Shown: piece after piece, positions 9,582 to 18,000 of the stretch
How positions within the stretch are numbered: position 1 is the stretch's first letter
Layout of the letters: every line of letters starts with the position of its first letter
From: Demequinaceae bacterium
GTDB taxonomy: Bacteria; Actinomycetota; Actinomycetes; Actinomycetales; Demequinaceae
Direction of reading: 5' to 3'
Assembly: GCA_965250005.1 (NCBI GenBank)
Contig: OZ252279.1
Coordinates: 1,410,001-1,442,000, forward strand
Length of the DNA stretch: 32,000 bases
Made by a program: the position numbers and the translations under genes
Notes under the pieces: model-generated
What the model saw: the letters and a program-made list of their open reading frames with translations, nothing else
What the model was told of the DNA's origin: nothing
The model's database searches: none

Positions 9582-10772
9582 GTGGCCGTGCGACAAGGGT
9601 TGACTCTCGACGGACGGTTCGTCCTGGTCGAGCGCCTAGAAGCGGTCGCCGCGGACACCGAGCATTGGCGGGCGACAGACACTCGGCTCGACAAGCCCGT
9701 CACCATTCTTGCCGTCTCAGGAGACCGCGCCGCTGCGGCTCTCGCAGCGGGCAACCAGGCGCGCCTCGTCAGGGACGGTCGGCTAGCACGAATCGTCAGG
9801 GTATTTCAAAGCGACGACGACCGACCAACCACCTATCTCGCGGTCGAGAGACCCCAAGGCACGGTCCTGGCGGACCTGCTTGAGCGGCGGCTACTGCCCG
9901 TTTCTATCGCCCGCGCGATCGTGGCTGGCGCGAGCGAAGCCCTCGCCGCCGCAGAAGAGAGAGGCCTGACCGGGGGTATTACCTCCCTCGATCTCACCGT
10001 TACCGCTCGCGGCAACGTAGCCGTCGCTAACGCAGGCCTCGGCGAGGCTGTTTCCGGCATCACGACATCGGCCGGTGCGTCACTTGCCCTCGTTTTCCGT
10101 GACGCCATTGCATTGGGCGACGACCTTCCGGCGACTATTGAGCCGAGCGAACACCGCCTCATCCAAGATGCTGCGGCCGGCAAGGAAATCGCGCTCGCCG
10201 CCGTGTTGACGGCCCTCAGTCGTGCTCCGGTTGGCACACTCCACGGGCTCCGCTCAGCGGCGCGCGCCTTCCCCTGGCGCTACGAAGCCGACCAACCAGC
10301 GCTAACCACGGTGACCGAGGTCACCACCGACGAGCCGTCGGTTGTCACGCAACCGGCACCCGAGACGAGTGCACCGCACTCGACGCTCACTCCGGCATCG
10401 GAGCCCACCACCCAAGACGAGGACCGATGGGAGTTCGAGGAACTCGTCGATGAACGCGCAACCGACCTCAGCGGCCAGACCACCGTCGCCGAGGCATTCT
10501 TCGCCCTCATGCACCGCCAATTTCCGGAGTCGGCGCGCTTCACCGAGCGACTTGAACGGGCGCACGCACGCGCCGCCGCGGGCCCACGTATCAACGCGAC
10601 TCCATGGCTGATGGTGGGCTTCTTCGGGTTCATCATCACCATGGGATGGATGGCATACACGTGGGCCGCCACGCCATTTGAACCCACGTTTGATCTCCGT
10701 AATCCTCCTCCACAGTCGTACCCGGAGTACACAAGCGGACCAACAGCGACACCAAGTTCAGGCGGCGCGTAG
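9582..10772 (+). CDS. Degenerate protein-kinase-like (pseudokinase) membrane protein adjacent to murJ
   Basis: The ORF track starts at 9420 inside murJ. An in-frame GTG at 9582 avoids that overlap and gives VAVRQGLTLDGRFVLVERLEAVAADTEHWRATDTRLDKPVTILAV.... This resembles an STK N-lobe, but the catalytic-loop equivalent (GITSLDLTVTARGNVAVANAGL) has no HRD or DFG. One TM helix near the C-terminus (PWLMVGFFGFIITMGWMAYTW). Confidence 0.75.
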   Translation: MAVRQGLTLDGRFVLVERLEAVAADTEHWRATDTRLDKPVTILAVSGDRAAAALAAGNQARLVRDGRLARIVRVFQSDDDRPTTYLAVERPQGTVLADLLERRLLPVSIARAIVAGASEALAAAEERGLTGGITSLDLTVTARGNVAVANAGLGEAVSGITTSAGASLALVFRDAIALGDDLPATIEPSEHRLIQDAAAGKEIALAAVLTALSRAPVGTLHGLRSAARAFPWRYEADQPALTTVTEVTTDEPSVVTQPAPETSAPHSTLTPASEPTTQDEDRWEFEELVDERATDLSGQTTVAEAFFALMHRQFPESARFTERLERAHARAAAGPRINATPWLMVGFFGFIITMGWMAYTWAATPFEPTFDLRNPPPQSYPEYTSGPTATPSSGGA

Positions 10773-10787
10773 CGCAGGCTTTGGCAC

Positions 10788-10814
10788 GGGAACAGATGAG
10801 CCGTAGCATCTGTT
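10788..10814 (+). promoter_or_regulatory. Candidate SigR/SigH-type (ECF oxidative-stress) promoter for trxB-trxA
   Basis: GGGAAC at 10788-10793, 18-nt spacer, GTT at 10812-10814. This matches the published SigR/SigH-like consensus GGAAY-N18-GTT and lies 56 nt upstream of the start codon. Confidence 0.6.
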
Positions 10815-10869
10815 ATGAACACAGACGCCAGTGAGGCGCACAAGAAATCAATAGACACGAGGAAATATC

Positions 10870-12210
10870 GTGAGCGACACCCGCAAGGTCATCATCATCG
10901 GCTCAGGCCCGGCTGGCTACACGGCCGCGATTTACGCTGCGCGCGCAGGCCTTGAGCCTCTCGTCATTGCAGGCTCTGTCACCGCGGGCGGCGCCCTCAT
11001 GACCACCACCGAGGTAGAGAACTTCCCCGGCTTTGTCGAAGGAATCCAAGGTCCCGAGCTCATGGACACGCTCCAGGCCCAGGCCGAAAAATTTGGTGCG
11101 GAAGTCCTCTTTGACGACGTCTCTGAAGTATCTCTCGTCGGCCCCGCAAAGACCGCCACGACGGCCACAGGAAAAAGCTTCTCCGCCGAGGCAATCATCC
11201 TGGCCACGGGATCCGCTTACCGCGAGCTCGGCCTGCCGAACGAGAAGCGGCTCTCCGGCAAGGGCGTGTCATGGTGCGCCACGTGCGACGGCTTCTTCTT
11301 CAAGGAACAGGATGTTGTAGTCGTCGGTGGCGGCGATAGCGCCGTCGAAGAGGCGACCTTCCTCACTCGCTTTGCGAAGCGCGTCCGAATCATCCACCGC
11401 CGAGATGAACTGCGCGCGTCAAAGTTCATGGTTGACCGCGCAATGAACGACCCAAAGATCGAGTTCGTCTGGGACTCCGAAGTCATCGAGGTCGAGGGCG
11501 AGGACAAGGTCACCGGCGTGCGCATCAACAACGTCAAGACCGGCGAAGAGACACTGCTCGAAGCAACCGGCATGTTCGTTGCGATCGGTCACGACCCGCG
11601 AAACGAGCTCCTGAACGGGGTTGTCGACCTCGACGACGCGGGTTACGTCAAGGTTCAGGGGCGCACCACTCTTACCAATGTTGAGGGTGTTTTCGCCTGC
11701 GGCGACCTGGTGGACAGCCACTACCGCCAGGCGATCACCGCGGCTGGTTCTGGCTGCGCCGCCGCGCTGGACGCCGGTCACTACTTGGACGACCTCGCGG
11801 ACGGCGTCACCAAGGAGCCCGTGAAAGCGGTCGCCAATTCGGCTGCGTCGATCCCTGGCGCTACTGCCTCGGTTCCGGCTGCGCCCACGGCCCCCATTCA
11901 CTCAACCGATGCTGATTTTGAGAAGGACGTCATCAAATCCGACCTACCAGTCGTCGTTGACTTTTGGGCCGAGTGGTGCGGCCCATGCCGCGCCGTCGCG
12001 CCGATCTTGGACGAGCTCGCCGGCGAGTACGCGGGCAGGATCAAGATTGTCAAAATCGACACTGATGCCAACCCGGAGTCCGCGATGGCGTACGGCGTCA
12101 CCTCGATTCCTACGATGAACTTCTACAAGGGCGGAGATCTCGTTAAGTCCATCACCGGTGCACGGCCCAAGCCCGCCCTCACCAAGTTGTTCGACGAGGT
12201 GCTCGGCTAG
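10870..12210 (+). CDS. trxB: Thioredoxin reductase-thioredoxin fusion protein
   Basis: 446 aa ORF. The N-terminal part is TrxB ([22 protein letters not shown]; redox CATCDGFF; [19 protein letters not shown]). The C-terminal part, after an Ala/Pro-rich linker, is thioredoxin ([24 protein letters not shown]...[13 protein letters not shown]). Confidence 0.96.
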   Translation: MSDTRKVIIIGSGPAGYTAAIYAARAGLEPLVIAGSVTAGGALMTTTEVENFPGFVEGIQGPELMDTLQAQAEKFGAEVLFDDVSEVSLVGPAKTATTATGKSFSAEAIILATGSAYRELGLPNEKRLSGKGVSWCATCDGFFFKEQDVVVVGGGDSAVEEATFLTRFAKRVRIIHRRDELRASKFMVDRAMNDPKIEFVWDSEVIEVEGEDKVTGVRINNVKTGEETLLEATGMFVAIGHDPRNELLNGVVDLDDAGYVKVQGRTTLTNVEGVFACGDLVDSHYRQAITAAGSGCAAALDAGHYLDDLADGVTKEPVKAVANSAASIPGATASVPAAPTAPIHSTDADFEKDVIKSDLPVVVDFWAEWCGPCRAVAPILDELAGEYAGRIKIVKIDTDANPESAMAYGVTSIPTMNFYKGGDLVKSITGARPKPALTKLFDEVLG

Positions 12211-12240
12211 TTCTTCGGATTCGCGTTGGAGCGCTGAGCG

Positions 12241-12268
12241 GCCGGGATCTGCAAGGGTCCCGGCTTTC
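12241..12268 (+). terminator. Candidate intrinsic terminator downstream of trxB-trxA
   Basis: GCCGGGA-N10-TCCCGGC hairpin (7-bp GC-rich stem) followed by TTTCTC, about 30 nt after the TAG stop. Confidence 0.5.
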
Positions 12269-12316
12269 TCGTACGCCGATCACCCGCACCCGGCAAGGCA
12301 TGAAAGAATCGCGCAC

Positions 12317-13627
12317 ATGACGAACAACACGTACCCGGAATCGGAAGGCACCCGGCTCGACCCCTGGCTCGAGTCCTATGCGTCGCGCGCCAACGCGATG
12401 CGCGCCTCCGAGATCCGCGCGCTGTTCGCCGTCGCCAACCGCCCGGAGGTGGTGTCGCTCGCCGGCGGTATGCCGTATATCGCAGGCCTGCCGCTCGAAG
12501 AGATTGGCGAGATTATCAAACGGGTGATCATCGAGCGCGGCACCACGGCGCTGCAATACGGCTCCGGCCAGGGCGACGAGGGCCTGCGTGAGCAGATCAT
12601 AGAAGTCATGAAACTCGAGGGAATCCACGCACATCCCGACGATGTGGTGGTCACCACGGGGTCGCAACAGGCGCTGGACCTCGTGACAAAAATCTTCATT
12701 GATCCCGGCGACGTGGTGATCGCTGAAGCACCTTCATACGTGGGCGCGCTTGGCGTATTCCGCGCTCATGAAGCCGAGGTGGTCCACGTCGAAATGGATG
12801 CGGACGGTCTGGTCCCGTCAGCACTAGAAGAGACCCTCACCCACCTGAAATCCGCGGGGAAACGGGTCAAGTTCCTCTACACCGTGCCGAATTTCCACAA
12901 CCCCGCTGGCGTCACGCTGAGCGCCGAGCGGCGTCCTCAAGTACTCGACATCGCGAAGCGGTTCGGACTCCTCGTTCTAGAAGACAACCCGTACGGCTTG
13001 CTCGGATTCGATGGAGATCCACTTCCGGCAATGCGGTCGATGAGCGACGATGGCGTGATCTACCTCGGCACTTTCTCCAAGACCCTCGCCCCTGGCTTCC
13101 GCGTTGGCTGGGCTGTGGCCCCGCACGCGGTCCGAGAGAAGCTCGTCCTCGCGTCCGAGGCGGCCATCTTATGCCCGTCGAATGCGTCGCAGTTGGCCAT
13201 ATCGAGCTACCTCGACCACCACGACTGGAAGGGTCAGATCAAGAGTTTCAAGGAACAGTACCGGGAGCGGCGAGACGCCACCATCGATGCGCTGGAGGAG
13301 TTCATTCCTGCGGCATCGTGGACCGTCCCCGCCGGCGGCTTCTACACCTGGGTCACGCTGCCGGAAGGCATCGACTCCAAGTCCATGTTGCCGCGCGCCG
13401 TCACCGCAAGAGTCGCCTACGTTCCCGGCACCGCGTTCTACATGGACGGCCAGGGTGCCGACCACATGCGGCTCTCATACTGCTACCCCACCCCTGAGCG
13501 CATTCGCGAAGGCGTCCGGCGCCTCGCGGGAGTAGTCAACGCAGAATCTGAATTGGTCCGAATCTTCGGAACCGGCGCCAGCCAGGGCGGCGGCACCGTT
13601 TCCTTCCCCTCGCCCGACATCGCCTAA
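12317..13627 (+). CDS. PLP-dependent class I/II aminotransferase (2-aminoadipate aminotransferase/MocR-catalytic-domain-like, no HTH domain)
   Basis: Track ORF starts at 12158. In-frame ATG at 12317 gives MTNNTYPESEGTRLDPWLESYASRANAMRASEIRALFAVANRPEVVSLAGGMP.... PLP-lysine motif TFSKTLAPGFRVGW; VLEDNPYG; PNFHNPAGVTLS. Confidence 0.88.
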   Translation: MTNNTYPESEGTRLDPWLESYASRANAMRASEIRALFAVANRPEVVSLAGGMPYIAGLPLEEIGEIIKRVIIERGTTALQYGSGQGDEGLREQIIEVMKLEGIHAHPDDVVVTTGSQQALDLVTKIFIDPGDVVIAEAPSYVGALGVFRAHEAEVVHVEMDADGLVPSALEETLTHLKSAGKRVKFLYTVPNFHNPAGVTLSAERRPQVLDIAKRFGLLVLEDNPYGLLGFDGDPLPAMRSMSDDGVIYLGTFSKTLAPGFRVGWAVAPHAVREKLVLASEAAILCPSNASQLAISSYLDHHDWKGQIKSFKEQYRERRDATIDALEEFIPAASWTVPAGGFYTWVTLPEGIDSKSMLPRAVTARVAYVPGTAFYMDGQGADHMRLSYCYPTPERIREGVRRLAGVVNAESELVRIFGTGASQGGGTVSFPSPDIA

Positions 13628-13652
13628 TACGCTCGAAGCCTAGGAGGCTGCC

Positions 13653-14579
13653 ATGGACGTGCTGATTCTCGCTGGAGGACTCTCGCACGAACGCGACGTG
13701 TCAATTCGATCGGGGCGACGCGTGGCGGAGGCACTACGTGGGGCCGGCGCCCGCACGGAAATATCCGACATTGACGCCGCCTTGATTCCGTCTTTGTTTA
13801 AACTTGGGAAAACCGTGGTGTGGCCCTTGCTCCACGGTGCCTCGGGCGAGGATGGCTCACTTCAAGACGTCCTAGAAATGTGTGGCGTGACGTTTGTGGG
13901 CACGGACCCACGGGCAGCGCGCGTCGCTTGGTCGAAGCCCGTCGCCAAAACGATCATGCAACGGGCGGGCGTCGCCACTCCCGGTTTTGTGACGCTACCG
14001 CACAGCCTCTTCCGCGAGCTCGGCGCCGATCACGTTCTGGACGCCGTCGAGTCCAAACTCGGGCTGCCGCTCGTCGTGAAACCCGCGCGCGGAGGCTCTG
14101 CCCTAGGCGTCACTACAGTGACCGACCGGGCGGATCTGCCGCGCGCGATGGTCGACTGCTTCGCCTACGGGGACGTCGCGCTGGTCGAGCAAGCGGTCAC
14201 GGGCACCGAAGTTGCGGTGAGCGTCGTCGGCACTGGCGCGGACGCCTACGCACTGCCCGCCGTCGAAGTCGTCACGGACGGCAACTACGACTACGACGCG
14301 CGATACAACGCGGGGCGGGTCCAGTACTTCGCACCCGCTCGGTTCGAAGCGTCCATTACCGACAGGGTCGCCGCCGCAGCCCTCGCCACGCACCGCGAGC
14401 TCGGCCTGCGCCACCTTTCTCGCGTGGACATAATTGTTGACGACGCTGGCATACCTCAGATGCTCGAAGTCAACGTGTCGCCCGGGATGACCGAGACATC
14501 GCTGTTCCCCCAGGCCGTGGAGGCCGCAGGACGCGACCTCGGCGAGGTCTACAAGGAGATCGTAGCCGCCGCGGGCTAG
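13653..14579 (+). CDS. ddl: D-alanine--D-alanine ligase-like ATP-grasp protein
   Basis: 308 aa ORF with PLLHGASGEDGSLQDVLEMCGVTFVGTD, PLVVKPARGGSALGV, YDYDARY and EVNVSPGMTETSLFPQ, which match Ddl motifs. Confidence 0.85.
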   Translation: MDVLILAGGLSHERDVSIRSGRRVAEALRGAGARTEISDIDAALIPSLFKLGKTVVWPLLHGASGEDGSLQDVLEMCGVTFVGTDPRAARVAWSKPVAKTIMQRAGVATPGFVTLPHSLFRELGADHVLDAVESKLGLPLVVKPARGGSALGVTTVTDRADLPRAMVDCFAYGDVALVEQAVTGTEVAVSVVGTGADAYALPAVEVVTDGNYDYDARYNAGRVQYFAPARFEASITDRVAAAALATHRELGLRHLSRVDIIVDDAGIPQMLEVNVSPGMTETSLFPQAVEAAGRDLGEVYKEIVAAAG

Positions 14580-14594
14580 TCGACGTACCTCGCG

Positions 14595-15569
14595 CTAGCT
14601 GTTGAAGCCGGGGTCCTTCGGGTTGATGAGGGTCGCAATGCGATCCAGATCCTCGACCGACGCAAACTCGATGACGATCTTGCCCTTAGAGCGGCCGAGG
14701 TCAATCTTGACGCGGGTATCCAGGTGATCGCCCAGGCGCCCCGCGAGCTCATCCAGCGCCCCTGTACGGCCCCCTGCGCGGACGGAACCCTTCTTGCCCG
14801 GCTTCGCCTTCGCTCCGAGCACTACGGCCTCCTCGGTGGCACGCACGGACAGCCCTTCTGCAACGATTCGCTGCGCCAGCTGCTCGATCGCCGTGGGCTC
14901 GCTAAGGCCCAGAAGCGCGCGCGCATGCCCCGCGCTAAGGACCCCGGCTGCGACACGTCGCTGGACCGGCGGCGGAAGCTTGAGCAGTCGCAAGGTATTG
15001 GAGATTTGCGGCCGCGAGCAGGAGATCTGATCCGCTAGCTGTTCGTGAGTGATGTCGAAATCGTCGAGCAGTTGCTGATAGGCGGCCGCCTCTTCCAAGG
15101 GGTTGAGCTGCGACCGGTGAAGGTTCTCCACCAGTGCGTCACGGAGCATGACCGTGTCGTCCGTCTTGCGAATAATCGCGGGAATTGCGTCGAGGCCGGC
15201 CTCCTTGGTGGCGCGCAACCGGCGCTCACCCATGATGAGTTCGTAACCGGCACCTGCGGGGTTCGGGCGCACAACAATGGGCTGGAGCACGCCAACTTCT
15301 CTGATGGAACCAACCAGTTCAGCGAGCGCGTCCTCGTCGAAGACGGTGCGCGGCTGCCGGGCGTTCGGGGCAACCTCTGCGGGGTCGAGATACGCAAACG
15401 ACGCCCCCGGGACCGGAACCAGGTCAGGGCCGTCGACGGTCGCGGAACCGCCCGTTGACGGGGCGAAGAACACGTCGCTCGGCCTGGCTGCTTCCTGGCC
15501 CTCCGTCGGGATGAGGGCGCCAAGTCCTCGCCCGAGGCCTCGCTTCTGCGCGCTCACTTGCTTCCCCAC
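14595..15569 (-). CDS. parB: Chromosome partitioning protein ParB
   Basis: 324 aa ORF with [12 protein letters not shown] start, [26 protein letters not shown] (CTP/parS-binding fold) and an HTH region [24 protein letters not shown]. Confidence 0.97.
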   Translation of the reverse strand: MGKQVSAQKRGLGRGLGALIPTEGQEAARPSDVFFAPSTGGSATVDGPDLVPVPGASFAYLDPAEVAPNARQPRTVFDEDALAELVGSIREVGVLQPIVVRPNPAGAGYELIMGERRLRATKEAGLDAIPAIIRKTDDTVMLRDALVENLHRSQLNPLEEAAAYQQLLDDFDITHEQLADQISCSRPQISNTLRLLKLPPPVQRRVAAGVLSAGHARALLGLSEPTAIEQLAQRIVAEGLSVRATEEAVVLGAKAKPGKKGSVRAGGRTGALDELAGRLGDHLDTRVKIDLGRSKGKIVIEFASVEDLDRIATLINPKDPGFNS

Positions 15570-16537
15570 TTCTCTACGCCGCGGACGGCGAACTCTTTAG
15601 CAACCGCGAGGTACGCGACAGCTCCTGTTGAATGCGGGTCATGTGTGATGACGGTCTGCCCAAAGCTGGGCGCTTCCGAGACCCGCACCGACCGCGGCAC
15701 GGTGACGCCGAGCGTCTGATCGGGGAAATGCCCGCGGACCTCGTCGGCCACGTCGCGCGCGAGGTTGGTGCGGCCGTCATACATCGTCAACACAATTGTT
15801 GAGACATGTATCGCTGGATTGAGGTGCTGCTTAACCATCTCGATGGTCTTGATGAGCTGCGTTAGTCCCTCGAGTGCGTAGTACTCACACTGAATGGGAA
15901 TCAGGACCTCGCCCGCGACAACCATGGCATTGAGCGTGAGGAGTCCGAGACTGGGAGGGCAGTCGATGAACACGTAGTCGAAGTCCGCGCCGTCGACTTT
16001 CAGGAAATCGCTGAGGGCATCCGCCAGTCGAAACTCGCGGCGCACCATCGACACCAGCTCGATATCGGCTCCCGCGAGGTCAATGGTCGCGGGGACGCAC
16101 ATGAGCGTGGGCAGCTGAGGGCACGGAACCATCACGTCGGCAATGCTCCTACCATCGATCATCACTTCATAGATAGAGGGCGTACCGCTGTGATGGTCGA
16201 CGCCCACGGCGGTCGACGCGTTACCCTGCGGGTCCGAATCAATGAGCAGGACTTTGGCGCCCTTGGCGGCCAGCGCGGCCGCCACGTTGACGCTAGTAGT
16301 GGTCTTGCCAACGCCGCCCTTTTGGTTGGAGACCGTGACCACACGAGTCTGAGCCGGGCGAGGAAACTCGGTCGCCTCAAGTTCGCGGCGCTTGCGCTCG
16401 GTGTCGAGCATTTCGCGCGCGAGCGGGCTGTCGTCATCGGCAAAGACGCCTGAGAAGGCGTCCGAGGACTGACTAGATGAACTCAAAATTCTCCCTGTCG
16501 CGGCTGATGCCGCGGCTCGTGGCGACTCCACGCCCAT
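15554..16537 (-). CDS. parA: Chromosome partitioning ATPase ParA
   Basis: 327 aa ORF with deviant Walker [23 protein letters not shown] and [18 protein letters not shown]. Overlaps the parB start by 16 nt. Confidence 0.96.
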   Translation of the reverse strand: MGVESPRAAASAATGRILSSSSQSSDAFSGVFADDDSPLAREMLDTERKRRELEATEFPRPAQTRVVTVSNQKGGVGKTTTSVNVAAALAAKGAKVLLIDSDPQGNASTAVGVDHHSGTPSIYEVMIDGRSIADVMVPCPQLPTLMCVPATIDLAGADIELVSMVRREFRLADALSDFLKVDGADFDYVFIDCPPSLGLLTLNAMVVAGEVLIPIQCEYYALEGLTQLIKTIEMVKQHLNPAIHVSTIVLTMYDGRTNLARDVADEVRGHFPDQTLGVTVPRSVRVSEAPSFGQTVITHDPHSTGAVAYLAVAKEFAVRGVEKWGSK

Positions 16538-16552
16538 GTTTCACGTGAAACA
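16537..16552. promoter_or_regulatory. parS centromere site, perfect palindrome TGTTTCACGTGAAACA
   Basis: Read directly. It is identical to the canonical 16-bp parS consensus and abuts the annotated parA start codon. Confidence 0.95.
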
Positions 16553-16675
16553 CGGACCCGCCAATACTGAAACGTGCTCACCCAAACCGGAAAAACCGGA
16601 GGGCTGGAGATATGACTCTAGCCCGTCGCGGTGACGAACGACTAGTCGGCCTCGTGGGATAGACCTTCTACGCGG

Positions 16676-17320
16676 CTATCCGCGCGTGAGACGCACCACT
16701 CGCGTGAGCTCAAGACCGGGTACTGTGCGCGCCTCAAGCACCTCCGCTGCGAGCCCCAGCTTCCGCAGCGCGTACTTGGCGCTCTCAATTTCCTCGGCGG
16801 CAGATCGCCCTTTGAGGAACAGCATTTGGCCGCCCTCCGCCAACAGTGGGGCACACCATTTCGCGAGCTTCGCCACTGCCGCAACTGCGCGTGCGGTGAC
16901 TGCCTGGGCGCTGACATCACCACCGACCTCTTCCGCGCGGCCACGCAGCACCCGCACGTTGCTCAACTCGAGGGCGCGGGCCGCCTCGGCTAACCACGTC
17001 GTGCGGCGCTCCATCGGCTCGATGAGCACCACTTCACGTTGGGGCTGCATTGCGGCAATGACCAAGCCGGGAAGACCCGCGCCGGAGCCGACGTCTGCCA
17101 CTGTTCCGTCGGGAAGGAACTGCGCCACTGCCGCTGAATTGAGGAGGTGGCGCTCCCACAGTCTCTCGACCTCGCGGGGGCCGATCAGCCCCCGCAGCAC
17201 GCCCTGGTCTGCCAGCATCTCTGCGTACGCGGCCACAGCCGGGTACCGATCGCCAAAGAACGCGTGCACGGCTTCTCCGCCATGCAGTGGATCGCGCGCG
17301 AGAGTCTGATCGTCGGTCAT
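16676..17320 (-). CDS. rsmG: 16S rRNA (guanine527-N7)-methyltransferase RsmG
   Basis: 214 aa ORF with RLWERHLLNSAAVAQFLPDGTVADVGSGAGLPGLVIAAMQP. Located between parA and jag as expected. Confidence 0.95.
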   Translation of the reverse strand: MTDDQTLARDPLHGGEAVHAFFGDRYPAVAAYAEMLADQGVLRGLIGPREVERLWERHLLNSAAVAQFLPDGTVADVGSGAGLPGLVIAAMQPQREVVLIEPMERRTTWLAEAARALELSNVRVLRGRAEEVGGDVSAQAVTARAVAAVAKLAKWCAPLLAEGGQMLFLKGRSAAEEIESAKYALRKLGLAAEVLEARTVPGLELTRVVRLTRG

Positions 17321-17331
17321 CGAGCTACCGA

Positions 17332-17347
17332 TGTTTCACGTGAAACG
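17332..17347. promoter_or_regulatory. Second parS-like site TGTTTCACGTGAAACG
   Basis: 15 of 16 match to the parS consensus, with an intact 14-bp core GTTTCACGTGAAAC. It lies between the jag stop codon (17348-17350) and the rsmG start (17320). Confidence 0.88.
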
Positions 17348-17989
17348 TCAGGCGGGGCGCACGACGACGTAGCGGAACGGGTCCTCGCCTTCGGACTCAC
17401 TCACCAGTCCGGCCTCGAGGACGACGTCGTGGACCACTTTGCGTTCAAACGCGTTCATCGGCTCGAGCGAGATCGACTCGCCGTCGGCCTTCACCTTGGC
17501 GGCCGTCTCGCGGCCGAGCTCAGCAAGCCGTTCCTTGCGGCCAGCACGGAACTCAGCGACGTCGAGCATCATGCGGCTCATTTCGCCGGTCTCCACCTGA
17601 ACCGCCAGTCGAGCAAGATCCTGCAGCGCTTCAAGCACCTCTCCATCGGGGCCTACCAGCCGCTTCATATCCGCGCTGGGGCCGTCCGAGGACACGACCG
17701 CAACTTTCGCGCGACCGGCCTCAACCGAGATGTCAATGTCGCCGTCCATGTCGAGAATGTCGAGCAGCTCCTCGAGGAAGTCCGCGGCGTAGTCGCCCTC
17801 GGCGTCGAGCTTCTTGGTGCCAGCGGACTTGCGGCCGGATTTCTTGGGCTTGGATTCAGCGTCGCTCCCGTCACCCCCGGGATCGGTCGTAGCTTCCGCC
17901 TTATCGTTGACCGCTGCTTCGACTTTAGCGTCGTCCGTGGATTCGGACACGACCTCGTCTGGCGTCTCTGTGTTTGAAGATTCGCTCAT
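17348..17989 (-). CDS. jag: Jag-like KH/R3H-domain RNA-binding protein
   Basis: 213 aa ORF. Acidic/Lys-rich N-terminus, KH-like YAADFLEELLDILDMDGDIDI...LVGPDGEVLEALQDLARLA, then R3H-like MNAFERKVVHDVVLEAGLVSESEGEDPFRYVVV. Position next to yidC. Confidence 0.9.
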   Translation of the reverse strand: MSESSNTETPDEVVSESTDDAKVEAAVNDKAEATTDPGGDGSDAESKPKKSGRKSAGTKKLDAEGDYAADFLEELLDILDMDGDIDISVEAGRAKVAVVSSDGPSADMKRLVGPDGEVLEALQDLARLAVQVETGEMSRMMLDVAEFRAGRKERLAELGRETAAKVKADGESISLEPMNAFERKVVHDVVLEAGLVSESEGEDPFRYVVVRPA

Positions 17990-18000
17990 GGTGTTTCTCG

